Source of the DNA: Selaginella moellendorffii
Taxonomy: Eukaryota; Plantae; Lycopodiophyta
Direction: 5' to 3'
Length of the DNA: 64,000 nt
Assembly: GCF_000143415.4 (NCBI RefSeq)
Contig: NW_003314263.1
Coordinates: 2,482,041-2,546,040, forward strand
In this document: positions 10,446-22,279 of the stretch, piece by piece
How the letters are laid out: the number at the start of each line of letters is the position of its first letter
Numbering within the stretch: position 1 is the stretch's first letter
Notes under the pieces: generated by a model
The model's database searches: none
Told to the model about the DNA's origin: nothing
What the model saw: only the letters and a program-made list of their open reading frames with translations
Program-made: the position numbers and the translations under genes

Positions 10446-11619
10446 ATGGCTGAGGGAAACTTTGCAAGAGCAGTGCGCAGGGAGGCGAATCAGGGCCCGG
10501 AGCTTGTCAAAGTTCCCAGGCCCGGAGCAGCCTAGCCCGGGAGTGTGGTGGTGCGCATCATTGCCAGGCCCATCCATTCCTTCGATCTCATGACCATCAA
10601 GCAGTCTTTCTCCATTGGGATCTTTGACAAGAAGTTTGTTCCAGGGAGTGAAGGCTTTGGCATAGTTGAAGAGGTTGGTTTCATAGAAGAAGAAGAAATT
10701 CTGATTGTGTCCAACCTTTTGAAGGTGGGAGAAGGTGTAAGGCGTGTGAAGAAAGGGGATAGAGTGGTTCCTATATTTCTGTGGAACTATTTCTATGCCA
10801 AACAAGGCTCTTTGTCACTGTCTCGGAGAAAGACGTGATTTTGATGCCTCATGACATCTCCGACGAGGATGCGGCACAGCTGATTATCAATCCTTGGACT
10901 GGCTATGGTCTTCTCAAGGATATCAATGCTCCAAAAGGAAGCTACATTATAGATAAAGTTATATGGGAAACTAAAGATGACATGAAGAAAGTGTTTCCAA
11001 GTTTTGAATGACATCCTCCAGAATGGCGCTGGATCGGTGCTTGGAAGAGTCTCTCTACTCACAGAAACGATCTTTCACGCACTAGGATCATTATCAAGCT
11101 TGCAAAGCACTGGGGCATCAAGACCATCAACCTTGTGAGACGTGACGAAATCAAGGAAGAGCTCAAGAGCATCGGTGCTGACGAAGTTCTCAACGTGACA
11201 AAAGAAGGTACAATTCTCCCACACCTGGAGTTTGCGTGATCTTGGTGGGAAAGATGTTGCTGCCAAAGTAAAAGAACTTACAAATGGAGCCGGAGTTGGT
11301 AGCGGGGTCGCAAACAAAGCTGGCTGCCGCTTGCATGAAATCCGGTGGGAAAGTCTTCACTATCGGCAACCTCGAATCATGGGACTTGGTGATATCGGTG
11401 AACGATCTCGCGAGAAAAGTTTCCCATTCTTTCTGGAGCTTCGCAGCTGCTTCAGGGGCCATGCAAGAGCTGATGGCCAAAGAGATCCCAGAGCTCTTCC
11501 AGGCAAAGATCATAGGATCACTTCCAGTGGTGGCTAAATTTCCTCTCGAGGACTACGAGATCGCCATGGAACAATCAGAGAAGCAGGCCAGACAAGGCAA
11601 AGTCCTCCTTGTTGGATGA
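10446..11619 (+). pseudogene. MDR-superfamily oxidoreductase pseudogene (trans-2-enoyl-CoA/ETR-like reductase)
   Basis: Motifs VVVRIIARPIHSFD, PGSEGFGIVEEVGEGV..VKKGDRVVP, AAQLIINPWT, QNGAGSVLG, WGIKTINLVRR, and C-terminal GKVLLVG. Premature TAG at 10533-10535, frameshifts, and a ~67-bp insertion at 10948-11014. Confidence 0.85.
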
Positions 11620-12845
11620 CGAAGCTTTGAAATTGTCCCGTCCCTCGAGACTTTCTCCCACTCTATAGACTGAAGAAGCTTTCTTACTTAGACTTCTATC
11701 TTGGATCGATCACCGACTGTGACAGTGGAGGAAGAAAGCTCGGACTATTCCCACTCAGCACTTTCTCCGACTCTAGCGTTGGAAACGACGGCACAGCCAC
11801 CTCCAAGTCGGGCTGCTCCAGCATTTGCACCACCCGGCTCATGCTCGGCCTGGAGCTGTCCACGCCATTGCGGACCGGGGCTTAAAAACTTGGAGTGGAA
11901 CGAGTTCGAGTGGATGATCAAGGTGGCGTTTTGATGCATCCAGCTCGACCTGCTCTCCGGCCACGTACTTTTGGAAAGCCCACACTGGAAAGTAGCGGTT
12001 CTGGCTGATTCTCGACTTGTCGTTGCCACTGAGCAGCTCCAGTAGCACCATGCCGTAGATGTAGACGTCCACTTTGGAAGTGATGGGACGGTCGCCAACC
12101 CACTCAGGTGCCATGTAACCTCGAGTTCCTCGGATGGTGGTCACGTCGAGAGCCCGCTCTTTGTCAATGAGCTTGGCCAGGCCAAAGTCCGACACCTTTG
12201 GACAGAAGTTCTCGTGGAGGAGAATGTTTTGCGGCTTGATGTCGCGGAGGATGCAATCGTAGCACTCTTTGTGCAAGTACGTGATGCGCTTTGCAACACC
12301 AAGAGCAATCGAGAACCTGCAAACCAACTTAGTAGACAAACTTTGGAAAGATCACGAACATACCTCATTCCCCAGAGATCAATACACTCTTGGTCCAGTG
12401 ATCCGTTGCTCAGGAACTCGTAGACGAGTAAACGATGGCTTCCCTCAGCGCAGTAGCCCAAAAGTTTCACTAAGTTGACGTGATGAACCCTTCCAAGGGT
12501 GGTGACCCACCGTCATATCCGAAAGAACACCCTTGTAAACACTTCCGAATCCACCGGCCCCGAGCTTGCAGCTAAAATGGTTTGCGGCAAGAGTTTTCCA
12601 TCTTCACCACCAAGAAGACTACACCGTTTTGTCCCCGCGAGCATGTATGTAGCACTCAGGCAGCGGCAATCCTTCAAACAAGAGTCCTTGCACTGCTCGA
12701 GGGAAATCGGATCTTTGGAGAGTTAGATTTCCAACTACATGGCCCTTGGAACTTCCACCATCTTGCTCGCAGAAGAAGTAGCGCTGCCAGAAGAACAGCT
12801 GAGTGGAAAGTTGCGGACGCATCCGGCCGATTCACTGGAATCCAC

Positions 12846-15800
12846 TGTAAATGTGTGTTTTTGTGTATGCAGAATGCTCTGTCGATTTCATTGCTTTGGT
12901 ATGGTTATGTACATAATGGTATGGGTGTGACGCTTGGTGGTTGGTGTCTTGGATGAATGACTTGTCTTCTTTGCTGACGTGGAGACTTGTCATCACTTGT
13001 CTCCACACTCCTCCTCAAGGCTTGCACTGTCAGTCAAACTGAGTGATTTGAGGAAGAGTTCATGCTTCACTCGAGGCAAGGACTTCGTCAGGATATCAGC
13101 GACCATTGAGCTGGTCGGACAGAATTCCAGGTTGATTATTCCATTGTTGACTTGATCCCAGATGAAATGGAACCTCAACTCAATGTGCTTGGTGCGTGAG
13201 TGAAATCTCGCATCCCGAGTCAACGCTATTGCCGACATATTGTCGCAGTAGAGTTTGACTGCTGGAATTTGAATCCCGAGGTCCTGCACCAACGTCTTAA
13301 GCCAGATGACCTCTTTCGCTACTGCTGCAGCTGTGATGTATTCAGATTCGCATGAAGACATCGCAGTGATCTGCTGCCTCCTGGAACACCAACTAACCAC
13401 GTTATGGTTGTACATGAAGACATACCTTGAGGTGGATCTTCTGTCATCTGGATCTCCTGCCCAGTCTGCGTCTGTGAATCCCACCAGGCCGTTGTCTCCA
13501 TCTCCTCTTGCATATTTCAGTATGAATTTCCTTGTGCCACTCACATACCTCATGATCCGCTTCACAGCGGCCCAATATGAGGGTGATGGATTGTCCAGGA
13601 ACTTTGAGACTGCTCCCACACTAAATGCGAGGTCAGACCTAGTTGAGACCATCAAGTAGATGAGGCTCCCGACCACTGAACGGTACAGTGTTGTGGTCTC
13701 CTCCTCAGGAGTGTCATCAGAGGTTGATGTCAAACTAAAAGCCTTGGACAACTTGGAGCCATAAGAGTAGCCACCGGATTAGTGTTAAGCATAGAGTACC
13801 TCTGGAGAATGTCATGGATGTATTTCTCCTGGGAGAGCTTAAGTACTCCATGTTGCTTATCCTGGCAGACTTGAATTCCCAGACAGTAGTGCAAGGTGCC
13901 CAGATTAGTCATCTCGAATTTAGTAGCGAGAGAGGCCTTGATGTGGTGGATGAGTCGCATCTGGTTGGAGGCTAATATTGTATCGTCCACATATAAGGCT
14001 AAGAATAGAAATCCTTGGCCATCTCAATATATGTAGAGATTATTATCAGCCGTGCTGCGAGTAAAGCCCAACGAGGTCAGAAAGCTATTAATTTTATTGT
14101 ACCATGACCTGGGGCTTTGTTTCAGCCCATAGAGAGCCTTGTGCAAGCGGCAGACGAGATGCTCCTGTCCGGGACGTATAAACCCAGGAGGCTGGGCAAC
14201 GTACACCTCCTCCTCAAGATCACCGTTCAAGAATGCAGTTCTCACATCAAGTTGATGGAGCTCCAAGTCAAGCTCAGCTGCAAGGCTCATCAAAACATGA
14301 ATTGTTGTCAGCTTTACAACAGGGCTATAAGTTTCAGAGTAATCAACTCCCTAGATCTGAGAGAAACCACGAGCTACAAAGCGTGCCTTGTAGTGCTCAA
14401 TGCTGCCATCAGCTCGATATTTCTTCTTGAACAGCCACTTGGCTGTGACTGCCTTCCTGCCGGGAGGGAGGGGAACTAATGTCCAGGTTCCATTCTTGAT
14501 CAGTGAGTCATACTCGTCTTGCATGGCCGCTTGCCAGTGTGAGGCATCAGGGCTAGAGAGAGCAGCTTGGTAGCCACGAGGTTCAGCAATGGAGCTCATG
14601 GCCTAGTAGAATCCCTTCTTGCGTGCAGCTTGAGCAAGAGATTCTAGAGCTTTGACTGTTGGCTTGCTCACTCATCCTAAATGGGTAACAACTCCAATCT
14701 CTTGATGAGGTGGTGGTGTCATGAAAGAACCTAGAGGAGGTAAGCAGGAAGATCCTCCAACTGTTTCTTCACCAACGAACAGCTCGTCCACAATAGCAGC
14801 AAGATTCTGCTCACTGGATGAAGTAGTGTTGCTGCTAGTAGCCACCGAAGTGACCAGAGGAACTGGTAGCAGCGGAGTTGCTGGAGAAGGCTCATCACCA
14901 TGTGGAGGAGGTGTTCCTCCTTCTGGAACAAGCAGCCTCTAGACTGCTGGTACTAGTGGGTGGGTGAGCTTGTCTTCCAACACTGGGGTCAAGTCCACCA
15001 AGTTAGAACTTGAAGGAATAGTACCTTGAATGTGGCGATAAAGCTCTTGCTCATTGAAAGAGACATCTCGGTTGACCACGAGCTTCTTGAGAGCAAGATT
15101 ATAGAGGCAGTAGGCCTTGGCATGAGCATGATAGCCCACGAAGATGGTCTTCTGGCTCCTAGGATCCAACTTCTACCGAGTCGCATCTGGAATGCGAGCA
15201 TATGCTGTACAGCCGAAGACCCTCAAGTGCCCTAACTGAGGACACTTCCCAGTCCAAGCTTGATAAGGAACCACACCAGTGCTCCTTGTGGGAAGGCGGT
15301 TATGGATGTAAACAGCCGTGTTAATGGCTTCACCCCAAAAAGAGTTGGGTATGCCTGCATGCTGGAGAAGGCAACGAACAGTCTCTAGCAGAGTGCGATT
15401 GAGGCGCTCTACCACACCATTCTGTTGGGGAGTATAGGCTGTCGTGTACTGGTGAACGATGCCAGCCTCAGCTAGAAAGTTGAGAAACTCTCTATTCAAG
15501 TACTCTCCACCACCATCCGTGCATAACACACGAATCTTTCAGCTAGTAGACGTCTCTGCCCAGCTCTTAAAAACTTAAAGTGGTTGAACACTTCGCTCTT
15601 GGCATGGAGAAGGCTCACCACAGCATATCTGGAATGGTCATCGATAAAAGATACAAAGTACCTCTTGTGGCTGAGTGTTTCCATAGGCAGGTAGCACATG
15701 TCACTGTGAACCAGATCTAGTAAGCCTATAGCTTGGTCCTCCATGGTTCTCGATGGAAAAGGAAGGCAAACTTGCTTCCCAAGATAGCAAGTTTCACACA

Positions 15801-17686
15801 CGCCCAGATGGCCAGCTGGGAGCGTGATGCCTTTAGCATGCTAGTGACGAGCCAAGGCGTGCAGATCTGGTTCATTGACATGCCCTAGATGAGCATGCCA
15901 GAGCTCAATGGTGTCTTGTGCTTGGAAAGCAAGCACTTGAGCTGGAAAAACTAGTTTTGCGTTTAAACAGTAGAGTGTTTCATACCTCACGCCATTGGCT
16001 ACAGGAATACCATCACGACCATAAATGGTGCACCCTTTTGGGAAGAAGGTGGTAGTAAAGCCTTGATCTGAGGCTGCACCTATAGATAGAATTGTCTACC
16101 CTGCTTCAGGTACAAAGTGCACGTGATGAACCTCCTTAAGAGGTCCATCGGATAGCCTGATCACCACCATGCCACGACCTTCCACCTGGAGTGGTCGCTT
16201 GTCGCCAACATAAACTTGTTGTGGAGCTTGAAGAGCTTTGTAAGTGTGAAAGGCAAAGCTTAAGGGAGTCATGTGAAAGGAGGCACCACTATCCAGCCAT
16301 AGAACCTCAAGAGCAGACACCGGTGACGGGGTAAGAGCCATCATCAACAACAAGTTGCTCTAGGTAAGCATGCGCTGGGTAGCAGCCTTCTTTGCATGAC
16401 ACTCATGCTCGACATGCCCCATCTTTCCACAATAGTTGCAAGGACCCTTTTTCTTCTTGGAGAAGTTAGATCCAGAGCTGGGAGTTGTAGCAGAAGAGAT
16501 ACGAGGCCCACGGCTAGTGCCTCCTTTCCTCTGCTCCCCACTCGATTGTTTCTTTCCAAGAAACAAGGCCTGCTCACAAGCAGCCTAAGGGGATCCTTGA
16601 TGGCCAGCTTGATGCTTGCACTCTTCCTCGAGCAAATCAAAGTAGAGCTTTTCCATGGTTTTGCCTGGGACAAAAGAAAGCATGGAGGACGATTGTTGCA
16701 ACTCTGGGGATACAGAGTAGAGCAAAAAGGCTTTTGCATAGTCATCAAAAACTGCAGCACCTACTTCCTTCAGCTGCTACATTAAGCCCTTGAGCTTCCC
16801 GATGTATGTTGCCATTGTCTCACTAGGCTGCATGCGTAGGGAGAAAAATTTCTGGGTCAAAACCAATTTAGCATTAGCGGCTTTGGCTGCAAAGACTTGG
16901 GAAAGGGAGTCCCAATTGGCCTTGGTGGATTTTTCTAGATCAAAGAGATGAATAAATTCATCTCCAAGACCCAGTCCAATCACGGAAAGGGCTTTGCGGT
17001 TCTTGGAGTCCCAAGTAGCCTGCAAAGCTACTTCTGTATCTTGAGGTCTCACTTCAGTTCCCTCCACCAAATCCCAACAATCTTTTGCCATTAAGATTAA
17101 TTGGACTTTGGTCTTCCAAGTTGTGAAGTTCTCGCCCGTGAACTTCTGGAATAGCTTCTCCCATCCTGCATCCCAGTTGCCAGCCGGGATGGCCATGGTG
17201 CTTGCTAGGGTGGTTCTAGATGTAGTGTGAGGTGGAGTACTAGTAGCCATTAGTTTCTAGGAGAAAGGACAAAACAACGGAGTAAGCTAGAAGCGAGGAG
17301 GGGGAGGAGGTGGTGGGAATCGCTGGAAGGGACGCCCACACGCTGTGCACACAAAGTGACAATGAGGGCAAAGGCACAGCTGGACATCACACTGCGCTCG
17401 CTTGCGTTCTTGAATCTATCATTCCACCTTAGCAAGGGCTGCGAGAGCCTTAGCGTGGTCCCGCTTGTCGCATTGCTGTGTTTGCTAGTGTTTCGCCATT
17501 AGGATCAAAACAAACCCAATACTATGTAGATGTGTGTTTTTGTGTATGCGGAATGCTCTATCAACTTCATTGCTTTGGTATGGTTATGTACATAACGGTA
17601 TGGGTGTGACACTTGGCGGTTGGTGTCTTGGATGAATGACTTGTCTTCTTTGCTGATGTGGAGACTTGTCATCACTTGTCTCCACA
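12846..17686 (-). mobile_element. Full-length but degenerate Ty1/Copia LTR retrotransposon (4.84 kb)
   Basis: 162-bp LTRs at 17525-17686 and 12846-13007, perfect TSD TCCAC (12841-12845 / 17687-17691), and a PPT next to 13008. Domain order is gag (17250-16777), CCHC knuckle CNYCGKMGHVEHEC, protease WLDSGAS, integrase (TDGGGEY...PQQNGVVERLNRTL), RT (YVDD region, LYGLKQSPR), RNase H (DADWAG, KHIELRFH). Several stops and frameshifts. Confidence 0.97.
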
Positions 17687-17918
17687 TCCACAGCATGAAA
17701 TCCCAGTGGACACGAGCAGCTCTTCCACACGTCCCAAAAACTTCACATTCGAGCAATGCCAACTGCCATACCATTCTCCACCTTTTTTCCCCGCTGCCAC
17801 AGCTATAACTCCTCAATGTTCCATTTTTTTTCTGGCGTGAGCCTCCAGATCACGCTCTTATTGCCAAGATCTATCGGGTACTTTTGAGCGTTTTCGAATT
17901 TGTAGCGGTACCAGGAGC

Positions 17919-18762
17919 TGTTGAGAGTAGATGCTTAGCTAGGCAGTTAGGATGATGTGGCATTAGGCAGTTGCCACAGCCCGTGTATATATAGCTTCAT
18001 ATATACAATATAAGCAGTCATTGCCAACAGTCGCTGCCTTTTTTATCATGGTATCAGAGCACAGATCTTGAGGACCTGTGAAGGATGAAGAAGAAGAAGA
18101 AGCTTCCAGATGCCAACGGCAGAAGCAGAGTAGCCTAGAGCGCAGCAACAAAGCAATGGCAGAGCCATACCAGCAGCGAGGAGTGGCAGATAGTGACTCA
18201 GAAGCCCTGGAGCGGCAGAAGATGTTGATATGCTCCAAGAGAGGAGCAGCAGAGCAGCCAAGAAGCCCAGGAGCAGCAGAGCAGTGACTCAGCAGGCCGA
18301 GAAGCAGAACGGCCAAGATGCTTGAAGAGACGAGCAGCAGCAGCCAAGTGAGCGGCAGCAGATAGCAGCGGCAGAGTTGGCTGAAAAGCCCAGCAGTGGC
18401 AAAAGAGCTCCAAGAGAGGAGCCAAAGGAGCGATGGCAAAAGAGCTCCAAGAGAGGAGCAGCAACAGCCAAAGGAGCGATGGCAAAGCAGCCAAGAGTGG
18501 CAGAGGCAGCAAGCCCTAGAGCAACAAGATGTAGTTGCTTTGAGTGGGAGTCAGTGTCAGTTGTATGCATGCTGAGCATCTTATGTTCAGGCTTTGTCTT
18601 AGTTTGTAGACAGAGTGGGAGTGTTGAGAGTAGATGCTAAGGTAGATGCTTAGCTAGGCAGTTAGGATGATGTGGCATTAGGCAGTTGCCACAGCCCATG
18701 TATATATAGCTTCATATATACAATATGAGCAGTCGTTGCCAACAGTCGCTGCCTTTTTTATC
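17919..18762 (+). mobile_element. TRIM (terminal-repeat retrotransposon in miniature), ~844 bp
   Basis: LTRs at 17919-18048 and 18622-18762 (TGTTGAGAGTAG...TTTTATC(A)). Perfect PBS TGGTATCAGAGC at 18049-18060. PPT AGACAGAGTGGGAG at 18608-18621. Flanking duplication (G)GAGC/GAGC. Non-coding, repeat-rich interior. Confidence 0.93.
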
Positions 18763-19385
18763 GAGCTTCCGTTGGCATCAAAAAAGGCAAGATGACCATC
18801 GATGCCAAAAGTGAACTTCGGAGTGGAAGTCATTGTCAAGTCTGAGGTGTTGAGCTGCTTGTTGATGATGCCCCAGTAGGATTGATTCAAGTAGTCTTGG
18901 AAGTAGAGTTCAATACCCTGCCTGTTCATGCTAAGCCGGTATTTTCCAGCAACCAAAACTTTGCCAAAGCTACGGTCAAGAAGCACGAAGTTGCCAGTTT
19001 CTTCCAAGGACGCGGCGGTGATAGAACAATTATCACAGCGGACAAGCCATACTATCATGGACTTGTCTGTAATCACGAGTCCAATTTCTTTAAGCTTGAG
19101 TTCTTGCCTACTTTGATCCTCGGTTTCTCAGTCGTACTATTGTTCTTGATGAGCACTTCAGTGGCCTCCCATACTACTGCAAATGCAAAAGTGTTGTTGA
19201 GTAACATCCATGGTGGTTGCCCTGCACCAAGTTTGTCTCCCAGTCCAATCCCTTTGCAATTTGAGACCAGGAGCATCACTAGAACTAGCGTCATTAGTTT
19301 TTCCACCATCTGGAAAAAAAAATCGTTCTCTTGCAAATGAAACTCACTAGTTAGAAAAGAAGACTCCAAAACCTAGAACTACAAT

Positions 19386-19581
19386 TTGACTTGGTCAATG
19401 TCAACTACGAGATATCCTCCATGATTTCTCACATCCTTCTGATTTTTGCTACGAATTCAAGGCGTTAAAAACAATTGGAAAGAAAACTGATCATACCTCA
19501 CAAGAACGTGTTGTGTTTCTAACATAATAGTATTGAAAGCAAAGTCAACCTGAAAGTAGCTGACTTTCACAACGATTGACT
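19386..19581. promoter_or_regulatory. W-box (TTGACY) cluster in the ~390-bp divergent promoter between two lectin RLK genes
   Basis: TTGACT at 19386-19391, GGTCAA at 19393-19398, AGTCAA at 19543-19548, TTGACT at 19576-19581. Confidence 0.55.
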
Positions 19582-19696
19582 TGGGCTTTGATCAATTCAA
19601 TCCGGGAACGTAACTCCATACAAAAGAATCACATAGCTTAAAACGATAGAACTGCCAAAAAGAAGAAAAACTTGGTGAGAGAAAGCTTTGGAGAAC

Positions 19697-22279
19697 ATGA
19701 AACTACTTACTCTCATGCTGCTGCTCTCTTCGATTTACTACAGCAGAGTCCTGGCCGACTTCTTGCGCGGAAGCACTGTCACAACAGGAAGCCCTTGGAG
19801 ATCACCCGGAGGAACCTTTGGATTGGGATTCGTAATGCCTGAGTCTTCAAGCACCCGGAACTTCAATCTAGCGATCTGGTATGATATAGATCCGAAGAAG
19901 ACTGTCATCTGGATGGCAATGGCAAACGGGCTGCTGGTCCAGGTGAGTGAAAATGCCAAGCTTGAGTTGAAAGCCGAGGGAGGACTTTCCGTAACTGATG
20001 GCAGCAGCTCCGTCCCCTTGTGGCAAACCAATCCCGGACAGTGTTGTGCTGAAAGTGCTACGCTGCTCGAGAACGGGAACTTAGTTGTCCTTGGGAAAGA
20101 CAAGAAAGTTGTATGGCAGAGCTTCGACTCTCCAACGGACAACCTTTTGCCCGAGCAGCAGCTCCGCACGCAAGGAAATCCGTCCTTGGGATACACGAGG
20201 TTGATTTCCCAGTCTGGAGCATACCAGCTTGTTCTCAACAGTGGTCAGGTGCTGCTCAAGAACTTAAAGCTGGAGATCCCGCAAAAGTACTGGTCTATCG
20301 CGAATCCGACACTGAACTCCACCATGACTTGCCTGGATGACGAAACCGGAGAGCACGTCTTGAACAACAATGCTTGCCAGCCTGATCGTTCTCTCAAGTT
20401 CCCGGCCGTCTTGAACTTGAGCTCTCAAGGGGTCCTTTCCTTTTACGACGCAACTGGAAAGAGCTGGGCATCAGGATCAATGAGTTCACAAGACTACGCG
20501 CTTGACTATGACGATGCGAATGTGTTGAGGAGACTTACGCTGGACGACGATGGCAATCTCAGGATCTACAGCTTCGGCCCGAAGAACAAGAGTGGCTCCT
20601 GGAGCGTCGTCTGGCAAGCCGTCATGCTCGAGTGCGACATCTTTGGAACATGTGGACCTTTCGCTCTCTGCACCTACAGGCCCACAAAAATTTGCAGCTG
20701 TCCTCCTGGATTTCACCGAGTTGATCCAAACGACGAATCGAAGGGTTGTGACTACGATATACCTCTGGGAGCTTGTCAAAACTCCCCGAACTCGGTGAAG
20801 CTCGTCCAGGTGAACCGAGCAGACTACTACTTCAATGATTACAACTTCGACTCGAGCATCAAGTCGCTCGAGAAGTGCAAGGACACCTGCATGCAAGACT
20901 GTAAGTGCCTGGCAGCCGCGTACAAGTACGACGGCACGGGCTTGTGCTTCCTCAAAGGCAACTCCAACAAGCTCTATAACGGTAAGCAGACCTTGAACGA
21001 GATGAACATGGTGTTTATGAAGTTGTCGAGCCTGGACACATCTGCAGCCGACGACCAGCACGATCCCTTCCTCGCGGATGCAAACGCCACGGTGAGTGAC
21101 CAAGTCATGCCAAAGATAAATAAACGGACAGTCTACCTCTCGCGGCACCTCCAGTCCATCATTCTGTCCGTGGCCATCGTCGAGTTCGGGCTGTTTGCCA
21201 CTGGAGCCGCGATCGTGGCGGCTGTGTGGAAGAAAACCTCCCGCAAGAAATGGGAGGAGATGACGGCAGAGATCGAGGGGCTCCCGACCAAGTTCACGTA
21301 TCGCCAGCTCCAGGATGCTACAGACAACTTCCGCGACGAGTTAGGCTCGGGAGGATTCGGGAGCGTGTATAGAGGAAACATACCGGAGAAAGGTGGCATT
21401 GTGGCCGTGAAGAAGATCACCACCGTGAACCAGGCCAAGAAGCAATTCAAGGCCGAGGTGAGCACGATTGGAAGAGTACACCACGTCAACTTGGTTCGCC
21501 TCCTCGGCTACTGTGCCGAGGGAGACCACCACCTCCTCGTCTACGAGTTCATGCCAAACGGTTCTCTCGACCACCACCTCTCGGCCTCGTCCTCGTTCGC
21601 TGCCTCGCAAGAGATCTTCTCAACCTGGGAGACACGACATTCAATCGCGCTGGGGATTGCCAAAGGATTGACGTACCTCCACGAGAAGTGTGGCGAGCGC
21701 ATCGTTCACTGCGATATCAAGCCACAAAACGTGCTGCTGAACGAGAGCTTCCGGCCAAAGGTGTCCGACTTTGGGCTGGCGAGGATGATGACAAAAGAAT
21801 CGATGAGCATCACCACCGTGCAAGGAACCAGGGGATACCTCGCCCCGGAGTGGCTCGAGAGCCAATCCATCACCCCCAAGGCCGACGTCTATAGCTTTGG
21901 GATGCTCCTGCTGGATATCTTGGGCGGCAAGAGGAAGGCCCTCATGGAGCTGGGCAGCGGAGACAAGGAATACGAGAATGCGCCACTGCCACCGCCCCGC
22001 GAGTGGTATTTCCCGATCTACGCCTTCCACAAGTACATGACCTCGGAGCTGGAGAGCGTTGCCGATCCAACCCTGGCGAGCGGCAGCGTGGATTGGGGGC
22101 AATTCGAGACGGCGCTCAAGATCGCGCTGTCGTGCATCCACCAGGATCCAGGATCTAGGCCAGCGATGAGCCGCGTGGTGCAGATCCTGGAGGGCAAAGC
22201 GGAGGCACCGCCGCCGCCATTTCCAGACGCTGGCGAAAATGATCTGTTCGTGGCGCTGCAAACCTCGACTATATGCTAG
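19697..22279 (+). CDS. G-type lectin S-receptor-like Ser/Thr kinase (SD-2-like), intronless, ~860 aa
   Basis: Signal peptide MKLLTLMLLL, B-lectin (LLENGNLVV, WQSFDSPTD), EGF and PAN Cys patterns, TM helix, and a kinase with GSGGFG, VAVKK, HCDIKPQN (non-RD), DFG and APE. ATG at 19697. Confidence 0.96.
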   Translation: MKLLTLMLLLSSIYYSRVLADFLRGSTVTTGSPWRSPGGTFGLGFVMPESSSTRNFNLAIWYDIDPKKTVIWMAMANGLLVQVSENAKLELKAEGGLSVTDGSSSVPLWQTNPGQCCAESATLLENGNLVVLGKDKKVVWQSFDSPTDNLLPEQQLRTQGNPSLGYTRLISQSGAYQLVLNSGQVLLKNLKLEIPQKYWSIANPTLNSTMTCLDDETGEHVLNNNACQPDRSLKFPAVLNLSSQGVLSFYDATGKSWASGSMSSQDYALDYDDANVLRRLTLDDDGNLRIYSFGPKNKSGSWSVVWQAVMLECDIFGTCGPFALCTYRPTKICSCPPGFHRVDPNDESKGCDYDIPLGACQNSPNSVKLVQVNRADYYFNDYNFDSSIKSLEKCKDTCMQDCKCLAAAYKYDGTGLCFLKGNSNKLYNGKQTLNEMNMVFMKLSSLDTSAADDQHDPFLADANATVSDQVMPKINKRTVYLSRHLQSIILSVAIVEFGLFATGAAIVAAVWKKTSRKKWEEMTAEIEGLPTKFTYRQLQDATDNFRDELGSGGFGSVYRGNIPEKGGIVAVKKITTVNQAKKQFKAEVSTIGRVHHVNLVRLLGYCAEGDHHLLVYEFMPNGSLDHHLSASSSFAASQEIFSTWETRHSIALGIAKGLTYLHEKCGERIVHCDIKPQNVLLNESFRPKVSDFGLARMMTKESMSITTVQGTRGYLAPEWLESQSITPKADVYSFGMLLLDILGGKRKALMELGSGDKEYENAPLPPPREWYFPIYAFHKYMTSELESVADPTLASGSVDWGQFETALKIALSCIHQDPGSRPAMSRVVQILEGKAEAPPPPFPDAGENDLFVALQTSTIC

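Larger units (their letters stand above)
11696..19309 (-). pseudogene. G-type (bulb) lectin S-domain receptor-like kinase pseudogene, disrupted by Copia and TRIM insertions
   Basis: Signal peptide and B-lectin remnants at 19309-18763 (ASLEETGNFVL). RLT...GTLRSY...W and EGF-like CEVFGTCG at 17918-17692. Kinase pieces at 12550-11700 ([44 protein letters not shown]). Many deletions and frameshifts. Confidence 0.9.

Noticed and set aside
17963-18640. Several Leu/Ala-rich or Glu/Gln-rich ORFs
   Set aside because: They lie within the repetitive TRIM interior and match no recognisable domain.
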